Positions 56,598 through 64,000 of a stretch of DNA of 64,000 nt are shown here, piece after piece. This DNA comes from an uncultured Solirubrobacterales bacterium. Lineage in GTDB: Bacteria; Actinomycetota; Thermoleophilia; Solirubrobacterales; 70-9. The notes under the pieces are model-generated. The model ran no database searches. It saw nothing but the letters and a program-made list of their open reading frames with translations, and was not told where the DNA came from. Positions within the stretch are counted from its first letter, which is position 1, and the number at the start of each line of letters is the position of its first letter. A program made the translations under genes and the position numbers. The stretch spans positions 131,647 through 195,646 of the forward strand of contig CAWFPS010000001.1 in the NCBI GenBank assembly GCA_963817905.1. The letters are read 5' to 3'.

Positions 56598-57830
56598 ATG
56601 TCAATCGAGAATCTGAGATGCAAGGAGTGCGGGGCGACCTATGACCTCGGCGCGCACTTCGCCTGCGAAAACTGCTTCGGGCCGCTGGAAGTGGCCTACG
56701 ACTACTCGGCCCTGGACCCGGCCGAGACCAAGCGCAAGATCCAGGCCGGCTCGCAGGGAATCTGGCGCTACGCCGACTTTCTGCCCTTCGAGGGCCGTCC
56801 CGGCGACCCGCTTGAGCCCGGCCTTACCCCGCTCCTGCGCGCCGACCGCCTCGCGGAGCGGCTCGGGGTGGACGGCGAGATCTGGATCAAGAACGACGCC
56901 GCCAACCCGACCCACTCCTTCAAGGACCGGGTCGTCGCCGTTGCCGTCGCCAAGGCCCAGGAGCTGGGCTTCGACACCGTCGCCTGCGCCTCGACCGGCA
57001 ACCTCGCCAACGCCGTCGCCGCCCACGCCGCCGCCGCGGGTCTCAAGTCCTACGTCTTTGTGCCCGCCAACCTCGAGGAGCAGAAGCTGCTCGCCACCGG
57101 CATCTACGGCACCAACCTGGTCGGCGTGCGCGGCAACTACGACGACGTCAACCGCCTCTGCACCCAGCTCGCCGAAACCCGGCCCTGGGCCTTCGTCAAC
57201 GTCAACCTGCGCCCCTACTACGCCGAGGGCTCGAAGACGCTCGCCTACGAGACGGCCGAGCAGCTCGGCTGGAAACTGCCCGACCGGGTCGTCTGCCCGA
57301 TCGCCTCCGGCTCGCTCTTCACCAAGGTTGGCCGCGGCTTCCAGGAGTGGCTGGACATCGGCCTCATCGAGGGAGAGCAGCCGATCTTCAACGGCGCCCA
57401 GGCGGAGGGCTGCAGTCCCGTCGCCACTGCCTTCGCCGAAGGCTGGGACGTCTGCAAGCCGCAGCGGCCCGACACGATCGCCAAGAGCCTGGCGATCGGC
57501 GACCCGGCCGACGGCCCGTACGCGGTCGAGCAGGCCCGCCGCACCGGCGGTGGCGTCGACTCGGTGACCGACGCCGAGATCCGCGACGGGATCAGCCTGC
57601 TGGCCGAGACCACCGGCATCTTCACCGAGACCGCCGGAGGGGTAACCGTCGGCGTACTGAAGAAGCTGGCCGAGCGCGGCGAGATCGGTGCCGGCGAGCG
57701 GGTCGTCGTCTACATCACCGGCGAGGGGCTGAAGACGCTCGACGCGACCCGCGATAGGTTCCGCATGCACGAGATCGACCCCGTCCTCGAGAGCTTCGAG
57801 ACCGAGTTCGCCCAGGAGGTAACCGCCTGA
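56598..57830 (+). CDS. threonine-synthase-family PLP enzyme with N-terminal zinc ribbon
   Basis: The product starts MSIENLRCKECGATYDLGAHFACENCFGPLEV. The PLP lysine motif is NPTHSFKDR. The SD sequence GAGAGGGA lies upstream of ATG 56598. Confidence 0.85.
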   Translation: MSIENLRCKECGATYDLGAHFACENCFGPLEVAYDYSALDPAETKRKIQAGSQGIWRYADFLPFEGRPGDPLEPGLTPLLRADRLAERLGVDGEIWIKNDAANPTHSFKDRVVAVAVAKAQELGFDTVACASTGNLANAVAAHAAAAGLKSYVFVPANLEEQKLLATGIYGTNLVGVRGNYDDVNRLCTQLAETRPWAFVNVNLRPYYAEGSKTLAYETAEQLGWKLPDRVVCPIASGSLFTKVGRGFQEWLDIGLIEGEQPIFNGAQAEGCSPVATAFAEGWDVCKPQRPDTIAKSLAIGDPADGPYAVEQARRTGGGVDSVTDAEIRDGISLLAETTGIFTETAGGVTVGVLKKLAERGEIGAGERVVVYITGEGLKTLDATRDRFRMHEIDPVLESFETEFAQEVTA

Positions 57831-58102
57831 TGCCAGTCACCGTCAAGATCCCAACCCAGCTGCGCGCCGCCACCGACGGGGAAGCGGAGCTCGAGGTGAG
57901 CGGCTCGACCGTCGGCGAGGTGCTCGACGCGGTCTTCGAGGCCCACGGCACCCTGCGCGAGCGGATCACCCAGGACGGGGACCTGCGGCGGTTCGTCAAC
58001 GTTTACGTGAGCGGCGAGGACATTCGCTTCCTAGAGGGGCTGCAGACCCGGATCGAAGATGGAGCCGAGATCACCATTTTGCCCGCGGTCGCTGGTGGTT
58101 GA
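57830..58102 (+). CDS. MoaD/ThiS-family sulfur-carrier protein (C-terminal GG)
   Basis: The product is 90 aa and ends ...ITILPAVAGG. A TGATG overlap links it to the ThrC-like gene. Confidence 0.8.
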   Translation: MPVTVKIPTQLRAATDGEAELEVSGSTVGEVLDAVFEAHGTLRERITQDGDLRRFVNVYVSGEDIRFLEGLQTRIEDGAEITILPAVAGG

Positions 58103-58218
58103 GCGGTCATCCCGGCAGGGGTTCCGCTTAACTTTTTCGGTGGAGCGTTGGACTGCTGGCGCCCGGAGGTTGGAGACGAAAAAGTACAAGACGCTCCACC
58201 CCTGCCGGGATGACCGCT
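58102..58218. repeat. 117-nt element bounded by perfect 20-nt inverted repeats
   Basis: AGCGGTCATCCCGGCAGGGG (58102-58121) pairs with CCCCTGCCGGGATGACCGCT (58199-58218). An inner pair is TGGAGCGT/ACGCTCCA. The right arm contains the ATG (58210) of the next gene. Confidence 0.85.
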
Positions 58219-58947
58219 AAGCCGCCGGTCGTCGTGCTCTGCGGTGGCCGCGGGACCAGGTTGCGGGAGCGGACTGAGACCGTTCCTAAGGCGCTCGTGG
58301 AGATTGGGGCGAAGCCGATTCTCTGGCATGTGATTGGGATCTATGCGGCGCAGGGGTTTGAGCGGTTTCTGCTTGCCACCGGTTATTTGGGCGAGATGGT
58401 GGAGGGGTTCGTGGCGGGGGAAAGCTGGCCCGGTGGGGTGGAGGTCGAGTGCGTGGATACGGGGCTCGATACGCCGACTGGAGGGCGGATCGCGCGGCTC
58501 GGGGAGCGCTTGGGAGATGGGACCTTCTGTGCCACCTACGCGGATGGCGTCGCCGATGTGGACCTCGATGCGCTGCTCGGCGCCCACCGCGAAGGCGGCG
58601 CGCTGAGCACGGTGACCGTCGTCCAGCCGCACCTTCAGTGGGGCGTTGCCGAGATCGGCGGCGACGGCAGGGTCGAGGGCTTCGTCGAGAAGCCGCGCAG
58701 CGAGCACTGGATCAACGGCGGCTTCTTTTGCTTCGAGCCGGGAGCCCTCGACTACATCGGCGCCGAGAGCGTGCTCGAGCGCGAGCCGCTGGAGCGCCTC
58801 GCCGCAGCGGGAGAGCTGGCCGCTCACCGCCACGAGGGCTTCTGGGACTGCATGGACACCTACAAGGACGCCGTAGAGCTAAACGACCTCTGGGCCTCAG
58901 GTTCACCGCCGTGGACGACGTGGGCGACCGAAGCAGAGGCCCGATGA
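58210..58947 (+). CDS. rfbF: glucose-1-phosphate cytidylyltransferase
   Basis: Recognised motifs are VVVLCGGRGTRLRERTETVPKALVEIG..PILWHV, INGGFFCFEP and FWDCMDTYKD. Confidence 0.85.
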   Translation: MTAKPPVVVLCGGRGTRLRERTETVPKALVEIGAKPILWHVIGIYAAQGFERFLLATGYLGEMVEGFVAGESWPGGVEVECVDTGLDTPTGGRIARLGERLGDGTFCATYADGVADVDLDALLGAHREGGALSTVTVVQPHLQWGVAEIGGDGRVEGFVEKPRSEHWINGGFFCFEPGALDYIGAESVLEREPLERLAAAGELAAHRHEGFWDCMDTYKDAVELNDLWASGSPPWTTWATEAEAR

Positions 58948-59008
58948 GCTTCCGGTGCGCCTTTCCCCCTCTATACGGGGATAAAGCGCACTGGAAGGGG
59001 TTTGGCCG

Positions 59009-59998
59009 ATGAGTCGCTCGCTCGTCACCGGGGCGCATGGGTTTGTCGCCTCGCACCTGGTCGGGGCGCTGCTTGGGCGCGGAGACCTGGTTCGCGTGCT
59101 CGACCGGCCCGATCCGCGGGTCGCCGACGTCGGTGGGCCGCGGCGCTCCGGGCTCGACCTGCTCGGTTTGCGTGGGGAGGTCGAGCTGGCGGAGGGGGAC
59201 CTGCGCGACGCGGAGGCGGTCGCCGCCGCGGTCGCCGGCTGCGACTCGGTCTTCCACCTCGCCGCCCAGACGATCGTCGGCGTTGCCCGCGAGTCCCCGG
59301 TCGAGACGCTCGAAGTCAACGTGCGCGGCGCCTGGAATGTCTTCGAGGCATGTCGCGAGCACGAGGTGGCCCGGGTCGTCTTCGCCTCCTCGGACAAGGC
59401 CTACGGCGCCAGCCCGGAGCTGCCCTACCTCGAGGACTTCCCCCTGCGTGCCGCCTATCCCTATGACGCCAGCAAGGCCGCCGCCGACATCGTCGCCCGC
59501 AGCTACGCCAGTGCTTATGACCTGCCGCTCGCGGTCACTCGCTTCGCCAACATCTACGGCGGCGGCGACCTCAACTTCTCCCGCCTGATCCCGGAGACGA
59601 CGATTGCCGTGCTTGACGGCCGCCCGCCGCAGATCCGCTCCGACGGCAGCCCCGAGCGCGACTTCCTCCACGTCGACGACGCCGTCGCCGCCTACCTGGC
59701 GATCGAGGCGGCCATCGGCCGCGGCGAGGGCCGGGGCGAGGCCTTCAACGCTGGCGGGGAGCGCCCCCATGCAGTGCGCGAAGTCGTCGATCTGATCGCC
59801 GCTGCATCCGGTACGGGCGTCGCCCCCGAGTACCTCGGCACCGGCACCCCCAACGGCGAGATCGACCGCCAGTACGTCGACTCGACCAAGCTCCGCGAGA
59901 TGACCGGTTGGCGTCCCGAGGTCGAGCTGGCCGAAGGCCTGTGCCGCACCGCGGAGTGGTACCGCGCCCACCCCCAAGCTCGCCCCCAGCCAAGCTGA
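59009..59998 (+). CDS. NAD-dependent sugar dehydratase/epimerase (CDP-glucose 4,6-dehydratase-like)
   Basis: It has VTGAHGFVASHLV and SSDKAYG...YPYDASKAAAD (catalytic S/YxxxK). It sits directly after rfbF. Confidence 0.75.
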   Translation: MSRSLVTGAHGFVASHLVGALLGRGDLVRVLDRPDPRVADVGGPRRSGLDLLGLRGEVELAEGDLRDAEAVAAAVAGCDSVFHLAAQTIVGVARESPVETLEVNVRGAWNVFEACREHEVARVVFASSDKAYGASPELPYLEDFPLRAAYPYDASKAAADIVARSYASAYDLPLAVTRFANIYGGGDLNFSRLIPETTIAVLDGRPPQIRSDGSPERDFLHVDDAVAAYLAIEAAIGRGEGRGEAFNAGGERPHAVREVVDLIAAASGTGVAPEYLGTGTPNGEIDRQYVDSTKLREMTGWRPEVELAEGLCRTAEWYRAHPQARPQPS

Positions 59999-60060
59999 GT
60001 TCGCATCCAGCCTCGGTGCTCGACGCCAGATGCGAATTCGGCCGGGGATAGGGTGGGTTC

Positions 60061-60858
60061 ATGTGCGGGCGATTTACGGTTACGGCCAAAGAGACGAAGT
60101 CGATCGCCGACCGGTTTCAGGTCGAGCTGGAGAAGGCGCTGGAGCGCAACGCCTCTGGGGAGGCGCCTGCGCCGAGCGCCGAGCGGGTTAAGAAGGTGGA
60201 GAAATCGCTGGGGCGCTTCAACGTGGCGCCGACCCAGGAGATCCTCACGGTTCGCTCCTCGCCCGATCCCGACGAGGCGGCGCAGGGCGAGCGCGAGGCG
60301 CGGCTGATGCGCTGGGGCCTGGTCCCGCGTTGGGCCAAGGACCTCAAGGTCGGCTACCGGATGATCAACGCCAAGGCCGAGAATCTCTCCTCAAGCCGCG
60401 CCTACTCGCCCCTCGTCGGCAAGTTCCGCCACCGTTGCCTGATCGTCGCCGACGGCTTTTATGAGTGGATGAAGGCGGAGGACCCCAAGCAGCCGCGCCA
60501 GCCCTGGCGCTTCACCGTCGACGGTGGCGAGCCCTTCGCCTTCGCCGGGATCTGCACCCGCAAGGAGTGGGACGACTCCGGGGACCGGGGTTTCGACGAC
60601 GGCTGGCTCTACAGCTGCACGATCGTCACCACGACCCCGAACGACCTGGTCGCCAAGGTCCATGACCGGATGCCGGCGATCCTGCCCGGGCCCGAGGCCG
60701 AGGCCGCCTGGCTGCGCCCGGACCTGGGGCTCGAGGACGCGATCGCGATGTGCGGGCCGCTCTCGGCCGCGCGCATGCAAAGCGCCCCCGCCAACCCAAA
60801 GCTCAACAAGGTCGGCAAGGGCAGCGAGGAAGGCCCGGAGCTCCTCGTCGCCCCCTAA
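60061..60858 (+). CDS. SOS-response-associated peptidase (SRAP/YedK family)
   Basis: It has the N-terminal MCGRF with catalytic Cys2, plus NAKAENL and DGFYEW motifs. Confidence 0.9.
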   Translation: MCGRFTVTAKETKSIADRFQVELEKALERNASGEAPAPSAERVKKVEKSLGRFNVAPTQEILTVRSSPDPDEAAQGEREARLMRWGLVPRWAKDLKVGYRMINAKAENLSSSRAYSPLVGKFRHRCLIVADGFYEWMKAEDPKQPRQPWRFTVDGGEPFAFAGICTRKEWDDSGDRGFDDGWLYSCTIVTTTPNDLVAKVHDRMPAILPGPEAEAAWLRPDLGLEDAIAMCGPLSAARMQSAPANPKLNKVGKGSEEGPELLVAP

Positions 60859-60863
60859 ACGCG

Positions 60864-60910
60864 AACTGCATCAAATTATCTATCCGGCAGGGGGAGAATT
60901 TGATGCAGTT
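60864..60910. terminator. shared hairpin between convergent genes
   Basis: AACTGCATCAAATT (60864-60877) and AATTTGATGCAGTT (60897-60910) form a 14-bp stem with a 19-nt loop. The right arm lies in the last codons of the minus-strand gene. Confidence 0.5.
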
Positions 60911-61617
60911 TCGCCCGTGAGGGCGCCGGCGGTGCGAACCGTCGCCGTGCCGGCGGAGTTTTCGAGCGTGCAGTCGAAGCGGGCCGCCGGGGTCGAGGTA
61001 GTGCGCCAGATCGTCGCGAAGGGGAGGGTCAGGTCTTCGCTCGGCTGCCCGGCGGGCAACCCGTACTGCCACACCTGCTGGCCGATCCGGAAGGGCGCCC
61101 ATTCGACCACGATGCCCTTCTCGCGGGTGTAGCGCTCGCCGATCGCGTCGCCGAGTTCGACCAGGGCGTATTCGGTGCTGTGCGAGCTGAACTCGACCAA
61201 TGAGTTTTCCGGCGCTTCCTGTTCGCTCAGCTCTTCGCTGGAGCGCGGGTAGGCGGCGCGGCCCCTGTGCGTCTTGGCGAAGATCGTCCGCTTGACGTGG
61301 ATCGCGCAGCGCAGCCGGGCGTGTCCGATCGCCGAGCCGGCGGAGATCCTCAGCACCGCCGAGCTGCGGAAGAGCGTGTAGTCGCTGATATTGGCTTCGG
61401 CTGCGCGGATGCCGGCTTCGCCGAGCTGTATTTCGCCGCCGCCGGGGATCGGCACCGCCTTTGAGGCGGGCAGCTTCGCTTCTTCGACCCATTCGAGCGT
61501 CGCCGCGTCGTACAGCTTGTCGGTGCTGAGCAGCGCTGCGGCGACCGTGGCGAGGAGCCCGATCGCGATCACGATCAGGGCGCCACGCGGGGGACGGATC
61601 TTGCGCTCATCGGGCAT
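60880..61617 (-). CDS. membrane-anchored hypothetical protein
   Basis: The product is 245 aa with an N-terminal TM segment (ALIVIAIGLLATVAAALL). I recognise no motif. Confidence 0.55.
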   Translation of the reverse strand: MPDERKIRPPRGALIVIAIGLLATVAAALLSTDKLYDAATLEWVEEAKLPASKAVPIPGGGEIQLGEAGIRAAEANISDYTLFRSSAVLRISAGSAIGHARLRCAIHVKRTIFAKTHRGRAAYPRSSEELSEQEAPENSLVEFSSHSTEYALVELGDAIGERYTREKGIVVEWAPFRIGQQVWQYGLPAGQPSEDLTLPFATIWRTTSTPAARFDCTLENSAGTATVRTAGALTGETASNSPPAG

Positions 61618-61645
61618 CGGCTGGGCCGCAAGCTACCGTTTGGGC

Positions 61646-62566
61646 GTGGCCAAGCGCACAACGTCCTCCGGCCCAGCCAAGGTCAGCCGCAAATCGATCG
61701 ACCTGCACGGCCGTGAGCTCAGCTACCTGAGCGGCGGCGAGGGCCCGGTCCTGCTGCTGGTCCACGGCATGGCCGGGACCTGTGAGAACTGGAGCGAGGT
61801 GATCGAGCCGCTGGCCCGCCGCCACACGGTGATCGCGCCCGACCTGCCGGGCCACGGGCTCTCCGAGGGTGGGCGCGGCGACTACTCGCTGGGCAGTCTC
61901 GCCTCCGGCCTGCGCGACCTCCTGCTGGTCCTTGGCCACGAGCGGGCGACCCTGGTCGGCCACTCGCTCGGCGGCGGCATCGCGATGCAGTTCTCCTACC
62001 AGTTCCCCGAGATGGTCGAACGGCTGGTGCTGGTCTCCAGCGGCGGCCTCGGGCCCGACGTCAGCCCGATCCTTCGCGCCGCGGCGCTGCCCGGCGCCGA
62101 CATCTTCATCGCCGCGACCGCCGGCACCGGCCAGAAGGTCGGCGGCGCGATCGGCCGCGGCCTCTCCGCCGTGGGGATCAAGCCCGCCGCCGATATTGCC
62201 GAGGTCGCCCGCGGCTACGCATCGCTGGCCGAGCCCCGCCGCCGCAAGGCCTTCCTCGCAACCCTTCGCGCCGTCGTCGGCACCGAGGGCCAGCGCGTCT
62301 CGGCCTCGGACCGCCTCTACCTGGCCGAGGAGATCCCGATCCTGATCGTCTGGGGCTCCCGCGACCCGATCATCCCCGTCCGCCACGGCGAGGACGCCCA
62401 CCGCGCCCTCGCCGGCAGCACCCTGGAGATCTTCGAGGGGACGGGACACATGCCCCAGGTCGAGCAGCCCGGTCACTTCATCGCCGTGCTCGAGCATTTC
62501 GTCGCCGAGAACAAGCCCGCGCGCTTCGACCGCGAGGAGTGGCGGGCCCGCTTCAAAGTCGCCTGA
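61646..62566 (+). CDS. alpha/beta-fold hydrolase
   Basis: Recognised motifs are LLLVHGMAG, the nucleophile elbow GHSLGG, and the C-terminal GHMPQVEQP. GTG 61646 (or TTG 61640) lies inside ORF 61391..62566. Confidence 0.85.
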   Translation: MAKRTTSSGPAKVSRKSIDLHGRELSYLSGGEGPVLLLVHGMAGTCENWSEVIEPLARRHTVIAPDLPGHGLSEGGRGDYSLGSLASGLRDLLLVLGHERATLVGHSLGGGIAMQFSYQFPEMVERLVLVSSGGLGPDVSPILRAAALPGADIFIAATAGTGQKVGGAIGRGLSAVGIKPAADIAEVARGYASLAEPRRRKAFLATLRAVVGTEGQRVSASDRLYLAEEIPILIVWGSRDPIIPVRHGEDAHRALAGSTLEIFEGTGHMPQVEQPGHFIAVLEHFVAENKPARFDREEWRARFKVA

Positions 62567-62582
62567 CGCTGGGGAAGTTGAA

Positions 62583-62656
62583 CGCGCCCGACAGGATTCG
62601 AACCTGTGGCCTCCGCCTCCGGAGGGCGGCGCTCTATCCAGCTGAGCTACGGGCGC
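62583..62656 (-). tRNA. tRNA-Arg (anticodon CCG)
   Basis: I folded the cloverleaf by hand. The acceptor stem is GCGCCCG/CGGGCGC and the D arm is GCTC/GAGC. The anticodon stem is CCGCC/GGCGG with loop CTCCGGA. The T arm is ACAGG-TTCGAAT-CCTGT. No CCA is encoded. Confidence 0.9.
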
Positions 62657-62718
62657 TCAGTCGCCCAGTCTAGCTCCGGGTGCCCGGCCCGCAGTCTCGC
62701 GTAGGCTCGCAGGCTCGC

Positions 62719-63714
62719 ATGGATCTCTCTGCGATCTTCCTCGGCACCGGTGGGTCGGTGCCCTCGGCGCGGCGCTCGACCGCCAGCGTGATGCTGGCCC
62801 GTGGCGGCAAGCGGTTGCTGTTCGACTGCGGGGAAGGGACGCAGCGCCAGATGCAGCGCTCGCTCGGGCTCGCCCAGGTCGACGAGATCTACCTCACCCA
62901 CTTTCACGCCGACCACATCCTCGGCATCCCGGGGCTGCTCAAGACCTACGACCTGACCGCTCGCGAGGAGCCGCTGACGATCTACGGCCCGCGCGGCCTG
63001 CGCGACCTCTTCGTCACGCTGGGCAGGCTGGTCGGCCGCACCGACTACAGCATCGACCTGGTTGAAATCGATCCCGGCGAAGCCGTCCACCACGACGGCG
63101 CCGAGGTGCGCGCCTTCGCGGTCGAGCACAGCGTGCGCGCCAACGGCTACGCCCTGATCGAGGAGGAGCGGCCGGGACGCTTCGACCCCGAGGCGGCGAA
63201 GCGACTCGGCGTCGCCGAAGGCCCCGCCTTCGCGGCATTGCAGCGGGGGGAGGAGGTGCCGGGAGCCGACGGCCCCGTTCGCCCCGAGGAGGTGATGGGC
63301 GAGTCGCGCCCCGGCCGCACGATCGCGATCACCGGCGACACCGCCCCCTGCCACTCAACCGTCGCCGCGGCGGCCGACGCCGACCTGCTGATCCACGACG
63401 CCAGCTTCTCCGAGGAGGAGGTCCAGCGCGCCGCCGACACCGGCCACTCGACGGTGATCCAGGCCGCCTCGGTGGCACGCGAGGCGCACGTGAAAATGCT
63501 CGCCCTCGTCCACATCTCCTCCCGGTACCACGTCGGCACGGTGCTAGACGAGGCCCGCGACGTCTTCGAGCCGAGCTACGCCCCGCGCGACTTCGACCTG
63601 ATCGAAATCCCCTTCCCCGAGCGCGGCGAGCCGGTCCTTGTCGCCAATGGCGCCCGCGAACGCGACGAGCCGGCCGGGGCCGAGCCGGAGCCCGAACCGA
63701 GCTCAGGCGGCTAG
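62719..63714 (+). CDS. rnz: ribonuclease Z
   Basis: MDLSAIFLGTGGSVPS...LLFDCGEGTQRQM...THFHADHILGIPGLL matches the family. ATG 62719 lies inside ORF 62680..63714. Confidence 0.9.
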   Translation: MDLSAIFLGTGGSVPSARRSTASVMLARGGKRLLFDCGEGTQRQMQRSLGLAQVDEIYLTHFHADHILGIPGLLKTYDLTAREEPLTIYGPRGLRDLFVTLGRLVGRTDYSIDLVEIDPGEAVHHDGAEVRAFAVEHSVRANGYALIEEERPGRFDPEAAKRLGVAEGPAFAALQRGEEVPGADGPVRPEEVMGESRPGRTIAITGDTAPCHSTVAAAADADLLIHDASFSEEEVQRAADTGHSTVIQAASVAREAHVKMLALVHISSRYHVGTVLDEARDVFEPSYAPRDFDLIEIPFPERGEPVLVANGARERDEPAGAEPEPEPSSGG

Positions 63715-64000
63715 GGCGGCGACCGCCTCGGCAACCGCGGCGGCCTGGTCCTCTTGGAGGAAGTGCTTGGCGGGGAGCAGGGTGGCGTCCTCGACGCCGA
63801 GGGCGCGCTGGACCTCGGCGCGGCGGTGGGCGCCCAGCATCGTGTCCTGCTCGCCCCAGACGACCTGGGCCGGGTAGGCGCGCTTGCCGAGACCGTCGAA
63901 GAAGAAGCGTTCCTTCTCGGCGGAGAGTTCGAAACCGCGCATGATCTTGAGGAAGGCGCGGCCGTTGTCGCCGCGCTTCAGCAGCGCGTGGTGGGCGTCG
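63703..64000 (-). CDS. alpha/beta-hydrolase-like protein, C-terminal part (partial, continues past right edge)
   Basis: The frame stays open to the window edge. The tail ...VVWGEQDTMLG...LLPAKHFLQEDQ resembles the C-terminal His region of haloalkane-dehalogenase-type hydrolases. Confidence 0.6.
   Translation of the reverse strand, partial: DAHHALLKRGDNGRAFLKIMRGFELSAEKERFFFDGLGKRAYPAQVVWGEQDTMLGAHRRAEVQRALGVEDATLLPAKHFLQEDQAAAVAEAVAALAA

Noticed and set aside
62583-62718. tRNA-Arg lacking an encoded CCA, sitting next to RNase Z, as a functional pairing
   Set aside because: CCA-less tRNA genes and rnz are both normal in this kind of genome. The adjacency is probably incidental.

Overview
This is a GC-rich, actinobacterial-type chromosomal window, and almost all of it is coding. 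I have grouped it into eight regions, (1) to (8).

(1) 1-17.3 kb holds a Wzx/Wzy-type surface-polysaccharide locus. Its genes are:
- two secreted beta-helix proteins and a possible CE4-like protein
- three paralogous PCP/Wzz-like membrane proteins, one of them fused to a Wzy/O-antigen-ligase-like domain
- two GT2 and two GT4 glycosyltransferases and a hexapeptide acetyltransferase
- a Wzx flippase, an SDR epimerase, a DegT aminotransferase and a phosphoglycosyl transferase
- a PD40 beta-propeller protein

Many of these genes are linked by 4-nt start/stop overlaps.

(2) 17.36-35.4 kb is one giant gene of about 18 kb, encoding roughly 6,000 aa. It has a signal peptide, then an N,N-dimethylformamidase-beta-like/DUF4082-type head, then about 48 copies of a 92-aa (276-bp) two-cysteine Ig-like domain. 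Many copies are identical or nearly identical at the DNA level, and there are kb-scale internal duplications.

(3) 35.45-37.75 kb, convergent with the giant gene, encodes a protein with a PKD domain, three copies of the same 92-aa domain and a beta-helix domain.

(4) 37.9-41.3 kb is a second amino-sugar module: a LuxR-type regulator, a DegT aminotransferase, an acetyltransferase and a GT2.

(5) 41.3-45.7 kb encodes a roughly 1,450-aa galactose-oxidase-like secreted protein containing a triplicated domain of unknown function.

(6) 45.8-50.6 kb is a visibly lower-GC, decayed island. It carries two intact Fic genes, two Fic remnants and an AAA/DUF4143-type ATPase. It is bounded and punctuated by copies of the 3' end of the adjacent lipid-kinase gene.

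(7) 50.6-64 kb is housekeeping: a DAG/lipid kinase, an MBL hydrolase, a phosphomannomutase, a HIT protein and CorA. It also contains a SAM-I riboswitch in front of a ThrC-like gene and a MoaD/ThiS-like gene, CDP-sugar genes, an SRAP peptidase, tRNA-Arg(CCG) and RNase Z.

(8) The most unusual sequence-level observation is eight single-base (+1) frame disruptions, all between 13.1 and 19.4 kb. Three are in polysaccharide genes and five are in the first 2 kb of the giant gene. The next 16 kb of repeats stays perfectly in frame.

Nothing here was checked against a database. All family calls come from motifs I recognised by eye.
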